Part shown: positions 21,244 to 30,749 of the stretch, piece after piece
How the letters are laid out: every line of letters begins with the position of its first letter
Position numbering within the stretch: the first letter of the stretch is position 1
DNA from: Desulfomonilia bacterium
GTDB taxonomy: Bacteria > Desulfobacterota > Desulfomonilia > UBA1062
Direction of reading: 5' to 3'
DNA length: 64,000 nt
Assembly: GCA_036567785.1 (NCBI GenBank)
Contig: DATCTV010000034.1
Span: 102,468-166,467 of the forward strand
The notes under the pieces: generated by a model
Told to the model about the DNA's origin: nothing
Database searches by the model: none
The model's input: only the letters and a program-made list of their open reading frames with translations
Made by a program: the position numbers and the translations under genes

Positions 21244-21930
21244 ATGAATAAACTTGCTGCGGAATTTATCGGGACTTTATGGCTGGTATTGGGAGGATGC
21301 GGAAGCGCTGTTTTAGCAGCAGCTTATCCGGAACTGGGAATCGGATTTGCAGGTGTTGCCATCGCATTCGGTTTAACAGTGCTGACAATGGTTTATGCAA
21401 TCGGACACATTTCAGGCTGCCACCTGAATCCTGCCGTATCAATCGGCCTCTGGGCCGGAGGCCGTTTTGATAAAAAAGAGCTGCTTCCATACATCATTGC
21501 CCAGGTCCTCGGAGGAATAGCCGGAGCAGGAATCCTTTTCCTTATTGCAAGCGGAAAAGCCGGTTTTGAACTTGGAGGGTTCGCAGCCAACGGGTATGGG
21601 GAACACTCTCCTGATGGATACAGTATGCTTTCAGGTCTAATTACTGAAATTGTAATGACCTTCATGTTTTTAATTATTATTTTAGGTGCTACGCATCCAA
21701 AAGCCCCAAAAGGTTTTGCCGGAATAGCAATCGGCCTGGGATTAACACTTATTCACCTGATAAGCATTCCTGTAACAAACACCTCGGTAAACCCAGCAAG
21801 AAGTACAAGCCAGGCAATATTCGTCGGCGGCTGGGCATTGAGCCAGTTATGGCTGTTCTGGGTAGCGCCGATTGCCGGAGCAGTTTTAGCAGGTTTTGTT
21901 TATAAAATAATTTCACCCGAAAAAGAATAA
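21244..21930 (+). CDS. aqpZ: Aquaporin Z
   Basis: 228 aa, six TMs, two NPA boxes (HLNPAVS; VNPARS), and an AqpZ-like N-terminus [18 protein letters not shown]. Confidence 0.9.
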   Translation: MNKLAAEFIGTLWLVLGGCGSAVLAAAYPELGIGFAGVAIAFGLTVLTMVYAIGHISGCHLNPAVSIGLWAGGRFDKKELLPYIIAQVLGGIAGAGILFLIASGKAGFELGGFAANGYGEHSPDGYSMLSGLITEIVMTFMFLIIILGATHPKAPKGFAGIAIGLGLTLIHLISIPVTNTSVNPARSTSQAIFVGGWALSQLWLFWVAPIAGAVLAGFVYKIISPEKE

Positions 21931-22001
21931 ATCAACACCTGCTTTTATAATATTGAATCATTGCCAGTCCTCGCAGATATTGTGCGAACAGGTTATGGTT
22001 A

Positions 22002-22703
22002 TTATGGTTTGTGGTTTATAGCCCTTTTGAGGAGCCTGTCCTGAACGGCTGAGCCTGTAAGTTCCCGCAGGGCATCTGCAGCTATCCATCTGCCTGCCTT
22101 TGTGCCTGAGATGCGTATCCTTTGTGAAAGCTCAATAGCCTTTCCGTTGAGGTAAAGATTACGCTTCCCTATCTGTCGGATGGCCCAGTTGACGGCCTTT
22201 CTGACCATCGGCCTGTCATCGCCGGATTCGCTCATTATCAAAGGATAAAACTCTTCGAACAGCTCATCCGGCGCCTTTCTGTCGGCTACGGCAATTCTTG
22301 CCATAAGGACAAAGCCGGCGCGCTTCACAAAAGTTTCTTCCCTTTTGGACCATGCAAGGGCCTTTTGAAGTGCATAGGGTGTTTTCTGGAAAAGGTTTGA
22401 ACAGACCTGATCGCACACGTCCCATGAATTGAAAGCCACGACCCATTCTTCCATTTGTTCCGGCAGCACTTCCCTGTGATCATCAACAAGTGAGGCAAGT
22501 ATCCTTGCCTCGTGAATTCCGCAGTCCCATAAAAGAAGGGCAAGTTCGTGGTCTTTTCCGGTCTCTTTTGCCATTGCCCTGAGTCTAGGCATTGAAACGC
22601 CAAGAAGAACTCCTCCGGGATTAATCCCGTAACGCATCATACCGGCAGCATCGGCTGGGCTGGCCAGAGACTCGAGCCTGGTGATTATATCATCAGCCTT
22701 CAT
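22002..22703 (-). CDS. HEAT-repeat DNA alkylation repair protein, AlkD/AlkC-like
   Basis: HEAT-like repeats with conserved W/D residues (…LLWDCGIHEARILA…WDVCDQV…). Start placed at the ATG at 22703 (GGGGA RBS), which removes the 34-nt overlap with the upstream AAA gene implied by the track start at 22772. Confidence 0.6.
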   Translation of the reverse strand: MKADDIITRLESLASPADAAGMMRYGINPGGVLLGVSMPRLRAMAKETGKDHELALLLWDCGIHEARILASLVDDHREVLPEQMEEWVVAFNSWDVCDQVCSNLFQKTPYALQKALAWSKREETFVKRAGFVLMARIAVADRKAPDELFEEFYPLIMSESGDDRPMVRKAVNWAIRQIGKRNLYLNGKAIELSQRIRISGTKAGRWIAADALRELTGSAVQDRLLKRAINHKP

Positions 22704-22738
22704 ATAAATTCCCCGATTTAATGCAGCTGGCGGCATTA

Positions 22739-24397
22739 CTAATGAGCGTTTACAGTCCTTTCCGATGCCCATTCCCTCAGATTTTCGATCTGCTCCACGC
22801 GGGTAACAGATAAGGGCTTTGTCCTGCCAATCTCAGCAACAAGCATATCGTTCGTAAGTTCACAATTTGCTGAAAATGCACCGTAAAGCCCTGATACGAC
22901 CACCTGTTCTATTTCGGCCCCGCTGAAACCGTCTGAGGCCTCTGCAAGTGCCGCGATATCGAACTTCGCAGGATCTTTTCCGCGTCTTCTCAGATGGATC
23001 GAAAAGATAGCGGCCCTGCTATCGGCATCGGGAAGGTCTACAAAGAACACCTCGTCGAAACGGCCTTTCCTGAGGAATTCCGGCGGCAATTTTTCAACTT
23101 CGTTTGCCGTCGCCACTACAAATACATCGCCTTTCCTGTCCTGCAGCCAGGAAAGGAAGGTCCCCAGGACGCGCTGTGACACGCCTCCGTCCTCGCTGCC
23201 GCCGGAGGCGAATGCCTTTTCAATCTCGTCTATCCACAGGATTACCGGCGCCATCTTTTCGGCCGTTTCCATGGCCCGCTTGAAGTTGCGCTCGCTCTCT
23301 CCGATGTACTTGTTGTACAGATTGGACGGGTCCATTTTTAATAGCGGCAGGCCCCATTCCATTGAAACAGCCTTGGCGCACAGGCTCTTCCCCGATCCCG
23401 GAACACCGAGCAGGAGTATCCCCTTCGGAAAAGCGAGTCCGAAGGAAACAGCCCTTTCAGGTTCGGTTATTATCATCCTTCGTTTGTTGAGCCAGTCTTT
23501 CAGTGTGGCCATGTCCGCAATTTCCGACATGCCGTGCTCAGCCGGGAAATACTCCAGAAGACCGTCCCTTTCCACGACCGTCCTTTTAGCGTCAATCACC
23601 CTCTGGATGTCTTTTGCATTAAGGCCTCCGTCTTCAATGATGGCCCTGGTCAGAATTTTTTCCGCTTCAAGAAGCGTAAGCCCTTTCAGATTGTTTATAA
23701 GCCGGTTCAGTTCAGTGTTTGTTATCTCGACCTTGATCTCGGTTTTGGCCCTGAGGTCGCGGATGATGTTATTGAGAAGTTCAGAATATTCCTCTCTTTT
23801 CGGCGCGGGGGGAGACACTTCAGCCAGATAAGGCTTCAGGCTCTCGGGTATATTCATGTCGGCGCCGGTCAGAATTATCGAAGCATCGTGGGGAGAATAT
23901 TTTTTTGCGGCGTCGTAGAGTCTGGCTGCAATTGCCGGATCGCTCAGAAAAGGCGCTATCCCCTGAAACAGGTAGATCGCGGGAAAATCAGAACTGATGA
24001 CATGATCGAGTGCAGCTTTCGGTTCGGTTGTCATATAAACCGGCCCGTCCATATCCGTGCGTTTGAGGCCATGCGTAAGGCTCCATGTGAAAAGCTTCAA
24101 GCCTAAAGAGTCTGCCAGATGCGATAAGAGGCTTTCAGCTCGCTCCTCTTCATTGGTTCTGACCCAGATGAGTCCGTAATGAGACTTTATCAGAAGGGCT
24201 ATTTCCCTGACTATATCAGGTACTGCCCCGGGGGAAGGCTTTTCACATTCCTTCTCCTCATTTTCCGCTTCAGGCTGTTTGCCCAGCCTTGCCTCCGCCC
24301 TTGCATAAATAACGCCGCATCGCGGGCATTCTGTCAGTGGACCCGGATCGCCGTCATTTCTTATATATCCGCATTTAAGGCATTTCTTTCCCATCAA
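22739..24397 (-). CDS. AAA+ ATPase (classical AAA clade) with N-terminal zinc-ribbon
   Basis: N-terminus CLKCGY…CPRCG zinc ribbon. Walker A GVPGSGKS, Walker B ILWIDEIE, and second region of homology (…ATANEVEKLPPEFLRKGRFD…). Confidence 0.75.
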   Translation of the reverse strand: MMGKKCLKCGYIRNDGDPGPLTECPRCGVIYARAEARLGKQPEAENEEKECEKPSPGAVPDIVREIALLIKSHYGLIWVRTNEEERAESLLSHLADSLGLKLFTWSLTHGLKRTDMDGPVYMTTEPKAALDHVISSDFPAIYLFQGIAPFLSDPAIAARLYDAAKKYSPHDASIILTGADMNIPESLKPYLAEVSPPAPKREEYSELLNNIIRDLRAKTEIKVEITNTELNRLINNLKGLTLLEAEKILTRAIIEDGGLNAKDIQRVIDAKRTVVERDGLLEYFPAEHGMSEIADMATLKDWLNKRRMIITEPERAVSFGLAFPKGILLLGVPGSGKSLCAKAVSMEWGLPLLKMDPSNLYNKYIGESERNFKRAMETAEKMAPVILWIDEIEKAFASGGSEDGGVSQRVLGTFLSWLQDRKGDVFVVATANEVEKLPPEFLRKGRFDEVFFVDLPDADSRAAIFSIHLRRRGKDPAKFDIAALAEASDGFSGAEIEQVVVSGLYGAFSANCELTNDMLVAEIGRTKPLSVTRVEQIENLREWASERTVNAH

Positions 24398-24405
24398 GTA
24401 TTCCT

Positions 24406-26091
24406 TTATGCTCTTGTTAGTCTCCGGTATTTTATGCGGTGCGGGGTATCCGCTGCAGCGCCCAGGCGTCTTTTCTTGTCCTCTTCATATTCAGTGTAGT
24501 TGCCGTCGAACCATGTGACCGTGCTGTCGCCCTCGAATGCCAGAATATGTGTTGCGATGCGGTCAAGGAACCATCTGTCGTGGCTTACCACGACCGCGCA
24601 CCCTGCAAAGTTCTCCAGCGCCTCTTCGAGGGCACGCATGGTGTTCACGTCAAGATCGTTCGTCGGCTCGTCCAGAAGAATTACATTCGCGCCGCTCCCC
24701 AGCATCATGGCAAGATGAACACGGTTTCTTTCTCCTCCCGAAAGAGTGCCTAGCTTTTTCTGCTGGTCGGTGCCCGAAAAGTTATAGCGGGCGACATACG
24801 CTCGCGAGTTGATCTCGCGGCCTCCCAGCACTATAGTGTCCTTCCCGCCGGAAATGGTCTCCCATATGGTTTTATCAGGATCGAGAGAATCCCTGCTCTG
24901 ATCGACATATGCGAGCTTTACGGTTTCGCCGATGCGGATTGAACCGGAATCAGGCGTTTCCTGGCCGGTAATCATCCTGAAAAGTGTCGTCTTTCCGGCA
25001 CCGTTAGGGCCTATTACCCCGATAATGCCGCCGGGAGGCAGCATGAAGCTCATGTTTTCAAAAAGAAGCTTGTCGCCGTAGGCTTTCGTTACGGCCTGCG
25101 CTTCGATTACTACATTACCGAGCCTTGGCCCGGGCGGTATATATATTTCAAGGTCTCTGGCGCGCCTTTCGGATTCGCTGCCGAGCAGTTCTTCGTATGC
25201 GGTTATCCTGGCCTTCGCCTTTGCATGACGCCCCTTAGGGCTCATGCGTATCCAGTCCAGTTCACGTTCAAGTGTCTTCTGGCGATCGGTTTCGCCCTTT
25301 TCCTCAACTCTCAACCTTTCCTGCTTCTGTTCGAGCCATGAAGAATAGTTGCCTTTCCAGGGTATTCCGTGGCCACGGTCGAGTTCGAGTATCCATCCGG
25401 CAACATTATCCAGAAAATAGCGATCATGTGTAACTGCAATGATTGTACCCTCATAGCGCTGCAGGTGATGTTCGAGCCACGCAACTGTTTCTGCGTCGAG
25501 ATGGTTGGTCGGTTCGTCGAGCAGCAGGATGTCGGGCTTCTGCAAAAGCAGGCGGCACAGTGCAACCCTGCGCTTTTCGCCTCCGGAAAGCACTTTTACC
25601 TGCATGTCGCCCGGAGGACAGCGAAGCGCATCCATTGCCATTTCAAGACGCGCATCAAGATCCCACGCATTAAGGTGGTCGAGCTTTTCCTGTACGACGC
25701 CCTGGCGTTCTATCAGGGAATTCATCTCATCGTCACTCATGGGCTCGGCAAATTTCATGCTGATCTCGTTGAATTCGTTCAGGAGGTTTACCGTTTCCTG
25801 TACGCCCTCTTCCACCACCTGGCGGACCGTCCTGGTTTCATCAACAAGGGGTTCCTGTTCAAGATAGCCCACTGTGTACCCGGGTGAAAGCACGGCCTGA
25901 CCGTCAAAAGCATTATCAACGCCGGCCATTATTCGAAGGAGCGAACTTTTGCCCGAACCGTTGAGGCCGAGTACGCCTATCTTGGCGCCGTAAAAATAGG
26001 ACAGAGAGATGTCCTTGATAACTTCCTTTTTTTCGTAGCGCTTGCTCACGCGCATCATCGAATAGATTATCTTGTTCGGTTCAACCGCCAT
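24406..26091 (-). CDS. ettA: ABC-F translational throttle ATPase EttA
   Basis: 561 aa with two ABC cassettes. Near-colinear with E. coli EttA (…SLSYFYGAKIGVLGLNGSGKSSLLRIMAGVD…, arm and PtIM regions, …RIKYRRL… tail). Confidence 0.9.
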   Translation of the reverse strand: MAVEPNKIIYSMMRVSKRYEKKEVIKDISLSYFYGAKIGVLGLNGSGKSSLLRIMAGVDNAFDGQAVLSPGYTVGYLEQEPLVDETRTVRQVVEEGVQETVNLLNEFNEISMKFAEPMSDDEMNSLIERQGVVQEKLDHLNAWDLDARLEMAMDALRCPPGDMQVKVLSGGEKRRVALCRLLLQKPDILLLDEPTNHLDAETVAWLEHHLQRYEGTIIAVTHDRYFLDNVAGWILELDRGHGIPWKGNYSSWLEQKQERLRVEEKGETDRQKTLERELDWIRMSPKGRHAKAKARITAYEELLGSESERRARDLEIYIPPGPRLGNVVIEAQAVTKAYGDKLLFENMSFMLPPGGIIGVIGPNGAGKTTLFRMITGQETPDSGSIRIGETVKLAYVDQSRDSLDPDKTIWETISGGKDTIVLGGREINSRAYVARYNFSGTDQQKKLGTLSGGERNRVHLAMMLGSGANVILLDEPTNDLDVNTMRALEEALENFAGCAVVVSHDRWFLDRIATHILAFEGDSTVTWFDGNYTEYEEDKKRRLGAAADTPHRIKYRRLTRA

Positions 26092-26109
26092 TAAATGCTC
26101 CCTCCGTTA

Positions 26110-27303
26110 TCAAACAGTAAACATGCCTTTTTCATAAATTGTTATGGTTCTTCCTGATTTAAGCTTTGCCGTGACCCTCTTTTTTTCAGTATTCACAAGG
26201 TCCCAGTGAAGGGCCGAATCGTTAAAGCCCAGCGCCTCCTTCTTCTCTTTCGTAAGCTCTGCCGGGTCACCGGAATATGTATCCGAATACGATGCACCGA
26301 CTGCGATATGACAGTTGCCGTTTCTGCCTCCGAAGTTCTCGTCAAAAAGGGTATTGGCCATGAACCTGTCGATCTTGGAAAAACGTTTGTCTGTCAGGGA
26401 AAATTCGCCCACCTGATCAGCCCCGTCATCCATTGAAAGCTGCTTGCGCGCAAATTCCGCTCCCTTGTCGGCATCAATCTTCACTGCACGGCCGTTCCTG
26501 AATTCAAGCTTCAAGCCTTTTACCAGGTTTCCGTTCCTGTAGGAGGGCTGGTCCGCATAGTAGACTCCCCTTGTCCCGCGCCAGTCGGGAGACAGGAATA
26601 TCTCAAAGCTCGGTATGTTGTGCCCTGATATCCCTATCCATTTCCTCATCTCTCCGGGCGTTATGACAAGGTCGGTGTTAGCGCTTTCCACATGGTATTC
26701 AGCCACTTCCATGGAATTAAGGCCTTTTTTGATCGAACTCACCTCGGTATATACATCTATCCATTTCCCGACAGGGTCTCTGCTGTTAAGGAAAGCGGCC
26801 TTTGAAATCTGTTTCGTATAGTCATCCAAAGATAGGCCCGCATGCTTTGCAAGCTCTTCAGTAGGATACATGCACAGAGTCCAGCCGAAGAGCCCCATCT
26901 CTTCGCGCTTGTCAAGTATGTCGCGCAGGTATTTCTGGGCAACCGCCGCCATGCCTATGCGTTTGGGATCTATTCCGGCAAGGTGTGTTAGCGATGAAGG
27001 TGCGATGATATAGATGCTCCCGTTCAGGCTCTTATAGAGTTCCTCATTCCCGGGGACCTTGAATGTGAGCTGCTCGTCATTTGAAAGGGAATAAAATCCC
27101 TTTTCCATCGTCGGGGTAATGCCTGCCCTCGGTATGACATTAAATCCCATTTTTATGAGCCTTGAATATACGGATTCAGCAAGGCTTATGGCGGGCAGTT
27201 CATACCTGAGCAGGATGATGTCGCCTTTTTTAAAAGTCTGCGTGCGTGCCGTTGTAAGCCCCCAGATAAGAACATCCGTATATTTTTCGAGCCTTATTTT
27301 CAT
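26110..27303 (-). CDS. Aminopeptidase, probably M29 (AmpS/aminopeptidase T-like) family
   Basis: 397 aa. Overall similarity pattern to thermophilic-type leucyl aminopeptidases. Family assignment is from memory and not motif-proven. Confidence 0.5.
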   Translation of the reverse strand: MKIRLEKYTDVLIWGLTTARTQTFKKGDIILLRYELPAISLAESVYSRLIKMGFNVIPRAGITPTMEKGFYSLSNDEQLTFKVPGNEELYKSLNGSIYIIAPSSLTHLAGIDPKRIGMAAVAQKYLRDILDKREEMGLFGWTLCMYPTEELAKHAGLSLDDYTKQISKAAFLNSRDPVGKWIDVYTEVSSIKKGLNSMEVAEYHVESANTDLVITPGEMRKWIGISGHNIPSFEIFLSPDWRGTRGVYYADQPSYRNGNLVKGLKLEFRNGRAVKIDADKGAEFARKQLSMDDGADQVGEFSLTDKRFSKIDRFMANTLFDENFGGRNGNCHIAVGASYSDTYSGDPAELTKEKKEALGFNDSALHWDLVNTEKKRVTAKLKSGRTITIYEKGMFTV

Positions 27304-27821
27304 AATTCCCTCCTTCTGGCTGCTAAATGTCTTTTTGCCAGTTCAACATATATTTCAGCCGGGTTTCTGTTTGCTATCGCACTGTCTGCATCAAGCTCTC
27401 TCTTGAATACTGCGGGTGAACCTGCAACAAGCTGATTCTCGCCGATTTCCTGCCTCTCCCTGACAACCGCACCTGCCGCCACGATAGAACCCTTTCCTAT
27501 GACCGAGCCGTTCAGAAGAATCGAACCCAGTCCTATAACCGAACCTTCGCCTATGCGGCAGCCGTGAAGAACAGCGTTGTGGCCGACAGTGACATAATCT
27601 CCTATAACGGTTGCATTTATGCCGTCGACATGTATCGTGCAGTTATCCTGTATGTTGGAAAACCTGCCAATTCTTATTGCATTGAGGTCGCCTCTGATGA
27701 CTGCGCCGTACCAGATGCTTGAACCTTCACCGATTTCCACGTCTCCTATGACAACCGCATTCGGAGCCACGAAAACCCCTTCGGCAATTTTGGGTTTTTT
27801 CCCGTTAATCTCGATAATCAT
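27300..27821 (-). CDS. Gamma-carbonic-anhydrase-like hexapeptide-repeat protein (YrdA/PaaY-like)
   Basis: Left-handed beta-helix hexapeptide repeats (…AVVIGDVEIGEGSSIWYGAVIRGD…) with the His ligands of the gamma-CA family. Overlaps the downstream aminopeptidase gene by 4 nt. Confidence 0.8.
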   Translation of the reverse strand: MIIEINGKKPKIAEGVFVAPNAVVIGDVEIGEGSSIWYGAVIRGDLNAIRIGRFSNIQDNCTIHVDGINATVIGDYVTVGHNAVLHGCRIGEGSVIGLGSILLNGSVIGKGSIVAAGAVVRERQEIGENQLVAGSPAVFKRELDADSAIANRNPAEIYVELAKRHLAARRREL

Positions 27822-28130
27822 TTGTTCACTCTTCAGTCAAAACTCTTTGCCAGTCAAGAAGAGATATGGGCGTTTATCACGACCGGAATCATTTTTGGTA
27901 TTAATTCCCGCAATTGAATTTTTGATAGAATTTTTTGTGAAATACACGAATGAATTAAACAGCAGTTCAACCTCTTAACAGGCATATCTTCCCGGGTGCG
28001 ACTCGAATATCATAAAATGGGAAAGACTTTCGTCAAGGCCTCAGCCGCAACCGGCAGATATAAAGGTTTCATGGCCTGTGCGCTTTATTTTTTTGCCGGG
28101 ATTCTCATCCAAGGGACTGATTAAGGGTTC

Positions 28131-29270
28131 CTATCTTTCAAGGTCTGAAACGGCCTTTTTAATTCGGCCAAGAGCTTCTTCAATAACAGCCCTCGGGCAG
28201 CCGAAATTGAGCCTGACAAAACCCTTGACGCCGAAATCGTTCCCGTCGGAAAGCCCGACCCCCCTTTCTTCAAAGAAGGCCGCCGGATTTTGAAGCCCCA
28301 GTTCCCGGCAGTCTATCCAGGCAAGGTAAGTCGCCTCGACATGATTCATTGATAATCCATCGATCCCGGATATCGATTCTTCAAGGTAATCCCGGTTTTC
28401 CCCAAGATATTCTATCAGGGAGTCATGCCAGTCTTTGCAGTCGCGGTAAGCAGCCAGGCCAGCGGTATAGCCGAAAATATTCACATGGGGAACTATTCCA
28501 TCCATGGCCTTTTTGAAGCTTTTTCTGATTTTTTCATCGGGGATAACGGCAAAGGAAAAGCCCAGTCCCGGTATGTTGAATGTCTTGCTGGGTGCCATCA
28601 AAGTAATGGTACTAGCGGCGATTTCTTCCGATAGAGAAGCTATCGGTACATGCCTTTTGTCTTTATCCAGCACAAGCCCGCAATGTATCTCGTCCGAGCA
28701 GATGATCATACCGCGCCTCAAACAGATTTCGGCAAGCGTATTCAATTCTTCGGAACTGAAAACCCGGCCGAGGGGATTCTGCGGGTTACAGAGAATGAAC
28801 ATGTCAGTGTCTTTTGTATGGGACTTTTCAATTGCATCATATTCAAACCTGTAGCTGCCATTTTCAACCATGTGTTCTGTTGTCACGAGTCTTTTGCCTG
28901 CATTGACCGGGGCGCTTAAAAACGGCGGATAAACAGGGATGGACGTCATCACCGTCTTTCCCGGCATGGCCCTGCATGAGATATTGAGCCCTGTCACAAG
29001 CCCCGGCAGCCAGACAAGCCAGGACGGTTTTATCCGCCAGGCGTATTCTGTTTCAAGCATACCGACAATTACATCTTCAAGCTCATCCGGTTCGCATGTG
29101 TAGCCGAAAACTCCGTGGCCGGCCCTTTCAATTATCGCGTTGGTAACCGGTCCGGGCGCTTCAAAGTCCATGTCCGCCACCCACATGGGAATGACATCAC
29201 GGCCCTTATACTTGTCCCACTTGATGCAGGCGGTGTTCCGCCTGTCGATTATCCGGTCAAAATTCGTCAT
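28131..29270 (-). CDS. patB: PLP-dependent C-S lyase / aminotransferase, MalY/PatB family
   Basis: N-terminus MTNFDRIIDRRNTACIKWD is characteristic of MalY/PatB cystathionine beta-lyases. Fold-type I PLP lysine region present. Confidence 0.75.
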   Translation of the reverse strand: MTNFDRIIDRRNTACIKWDKYKGRDVIPMWVADMDFEAPGPVTNAIIERAGHGVFGYTCEPDELEDVIVGMLETEYAWRIKPSWLVWLPGLVTGLNISCRAMPGKTVMTSIPVYPPFLSAPVNAGKRLVTTEHMVENGSYRFEYDAIEKSHTKDTDMFILCNPQNPLGRVFSSEELNTLAEICLRRGMIICSDEIHCGLVLDKDKRHVPIASLSEEIAASTITLMAPSKTFNIPGLGFSFAVIPDEKIRKSFKKAMDGIVPHVNIFGYTAGLAAYRDCKDWHDSLIEYLGENRDYLEESISGIDGLSMNHVEATYLAWIDCRELGLQNPAAFFEERGVGLSDGNDFGVKGFVRLNFGCPRAVIEEALGRIKKAVSDLER

Positions 29271-29297
29271 AATTCGATATGAAGATATTAAAATGTT

Positions 29298-29633
29298 CTA
29301 CCAGAACTTCCACCAGGGTTTTAAGTTCTCTTTTTCCCATTGATACATATTCTTCCAGGAATCATCACCTTTAAGATATTTGACAAAAACTGCGAGCACT
29401 TCTGTTCTATTCAATTTATTCACACTCTGAAATTGAACATCATTACCATCATCATTTCTGCAGCAATATTCTACAACGAACGAATCATTTTTTATTTTTG
29501 ATGTCTGAACAAAATAATTATCATGATTGAAAAGAATAACAAATTCCTTAAAACCATCGTTAATGAATAATTTTTCCAAATCTTCTTTTGTTGCATTTTC
29601 AGTTATTATGCCTTTTTCTGTTTCAATTTTCAT
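29298..29633 (-). CDS. Hypothetical protein encoded in a sharply AT-rich segment
   Basis: 111-aa ORF with a strong GGAGGAG RBS. Local GC is about 30% against about 50% in the flanks. Recognised nothing homologous by eye. Confidence 0.5.
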   Translation of the reverse strand: MKIETEKGIITENATKEDLEKLFINDGFKEFVILFNHDNYFVQTSKIKNDSFVVEYCCRNDDGNDVQFQSVNKLNRTEVLAVFVKYLKGDDSWKNMYQWEKENLKPWWKFW

Positions 29634-29648
29634 TTTATCTCCTCCTTA

Positions 29649-30677
29649 TTAATAATAAAAACCATCATCGCCATCATCATCCGGCAACATATTGCCATGC
29701 TCACGGTTCCACTCCTCCTTATGCTCCATAATGATCTGAAACTGGTTGCGCAGGTCAATGAGCTCCTTCGCCCAGAAATTTTCGTTGCCCCAGTCCGGAT
29801 GGTCGCGTTTGAAGTCAAGGTCGTCACCCTGGCGGGCGCACCAGGCCAGATAATAGATTATACGCATGAAGCGCAGAGGCTCGATGAGCTTAAGCGTCGA
29901 ATAGTCGAATTCCCTGAATTCTTCATAACCGCTCATTATGAGATCGATTTCACGCTTCGCCCTTGTATAGTGATCAGGCAGCATCAGCCAAAGGTCATGC
30001 ACGGGTGGCCCTGTCATCATGTCGTCAAGGTCGATCACCATGAGTCCTTCGCCGGGCCTTTCAATCAGGTTTCCCCTGTGGCAGTCACCGTGAATACGTA
30101 TATATTCTACGCCGCCAAAGAGCCCGGTAATTTCATCCAGAATCTGAAAGCAAAGCTCCTTGAATGCGTCTCTCAACTCGGGGTGAATGAATCCGCCTTC
30201 AAGCAGAAATTCTATATCCGCCCGTGTGGATATGCCGGGATGGAGCCTTACCCTGTGAGGCGCATCTTTTTTTGCGCCTACGGCATGTATCCTGCCTATA
30301 ATACTCCCGACCCTGACCCAGTCTTCATCGTTATTTATCTCGAACATCCTCCCGCCCTTTTTGGGAAATACTGCAAGGTTGATGCCTTCGATATTCATAA
30401 GAGTCGATCCGTTAGAGAGCTTAATGGGCGCCACAACAGGGATTTCACCGGCATCGCAGTCGGCGATAAAGGCATGCTCTTCTTCTATAGCCTCCCTGCT
30501 CCACCTGCCGGGGCGGTAGAATTTTATCACAAAGCGCTCCGTATCCATTGCCTGCAATTCATAGACACGGTTGATATAGCTCGGGTGCTGTATCAGGAGG
30601 CCGGTAAACCTCTTGCCGACAGCTTTTTCGGCAGAATTAATAATCAGGTCCGGTGTCAGGACCTTAAAGTCTGTCAT
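29649..30677 (-). CDS. srkA: Stress-response Ser/Thr kinase SrkA (YihE/RdoA)
   Basis: Colinear with E. coli YihE: FVIKFYRPGRW, IHGDCHRGNL catalytic loop, DLDD, and the LIEPLRFMRIIYYLAW C-lobe. Confidence 0.75.
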   Translation of the reverse strand: MTDFKVLTPDLIINSAEKAVGKRFTGLLIQHPSYINRVYELQAMDTERFVIKFYRPGRWSREAIEEEHAFIADCDAGEIPVVAPIKLSNGSTLMNIEGINLAVFPKKGGRMFEINNDEDWVRVGSIIGRIHAVGAKKDAPHRVRLHPGISTRADIEFLLEGGFIHPELRDAFKELCFQILDEITGLFGGVEYIRIHGDCHRGNLIERPGEGLMVIDLDDMMTGPPVHDLWLMLPDHYTRAKREIDLIMSGYEEFREFDYSTLKLIEPLRFMRIIYYLAWCARQGDDLDFKRDHPDWGNENFWAKELIDLRNQFQIIMEHKEEWNREHGNMLPDDDGDDGFYY

Positions 30678-30749
30678 TATTTCTGCTCCACACGGACAGT
30701 GAAAAAATTGATATGACAGTGCCCATCAATTTTAAAATCTGAAGCATTA

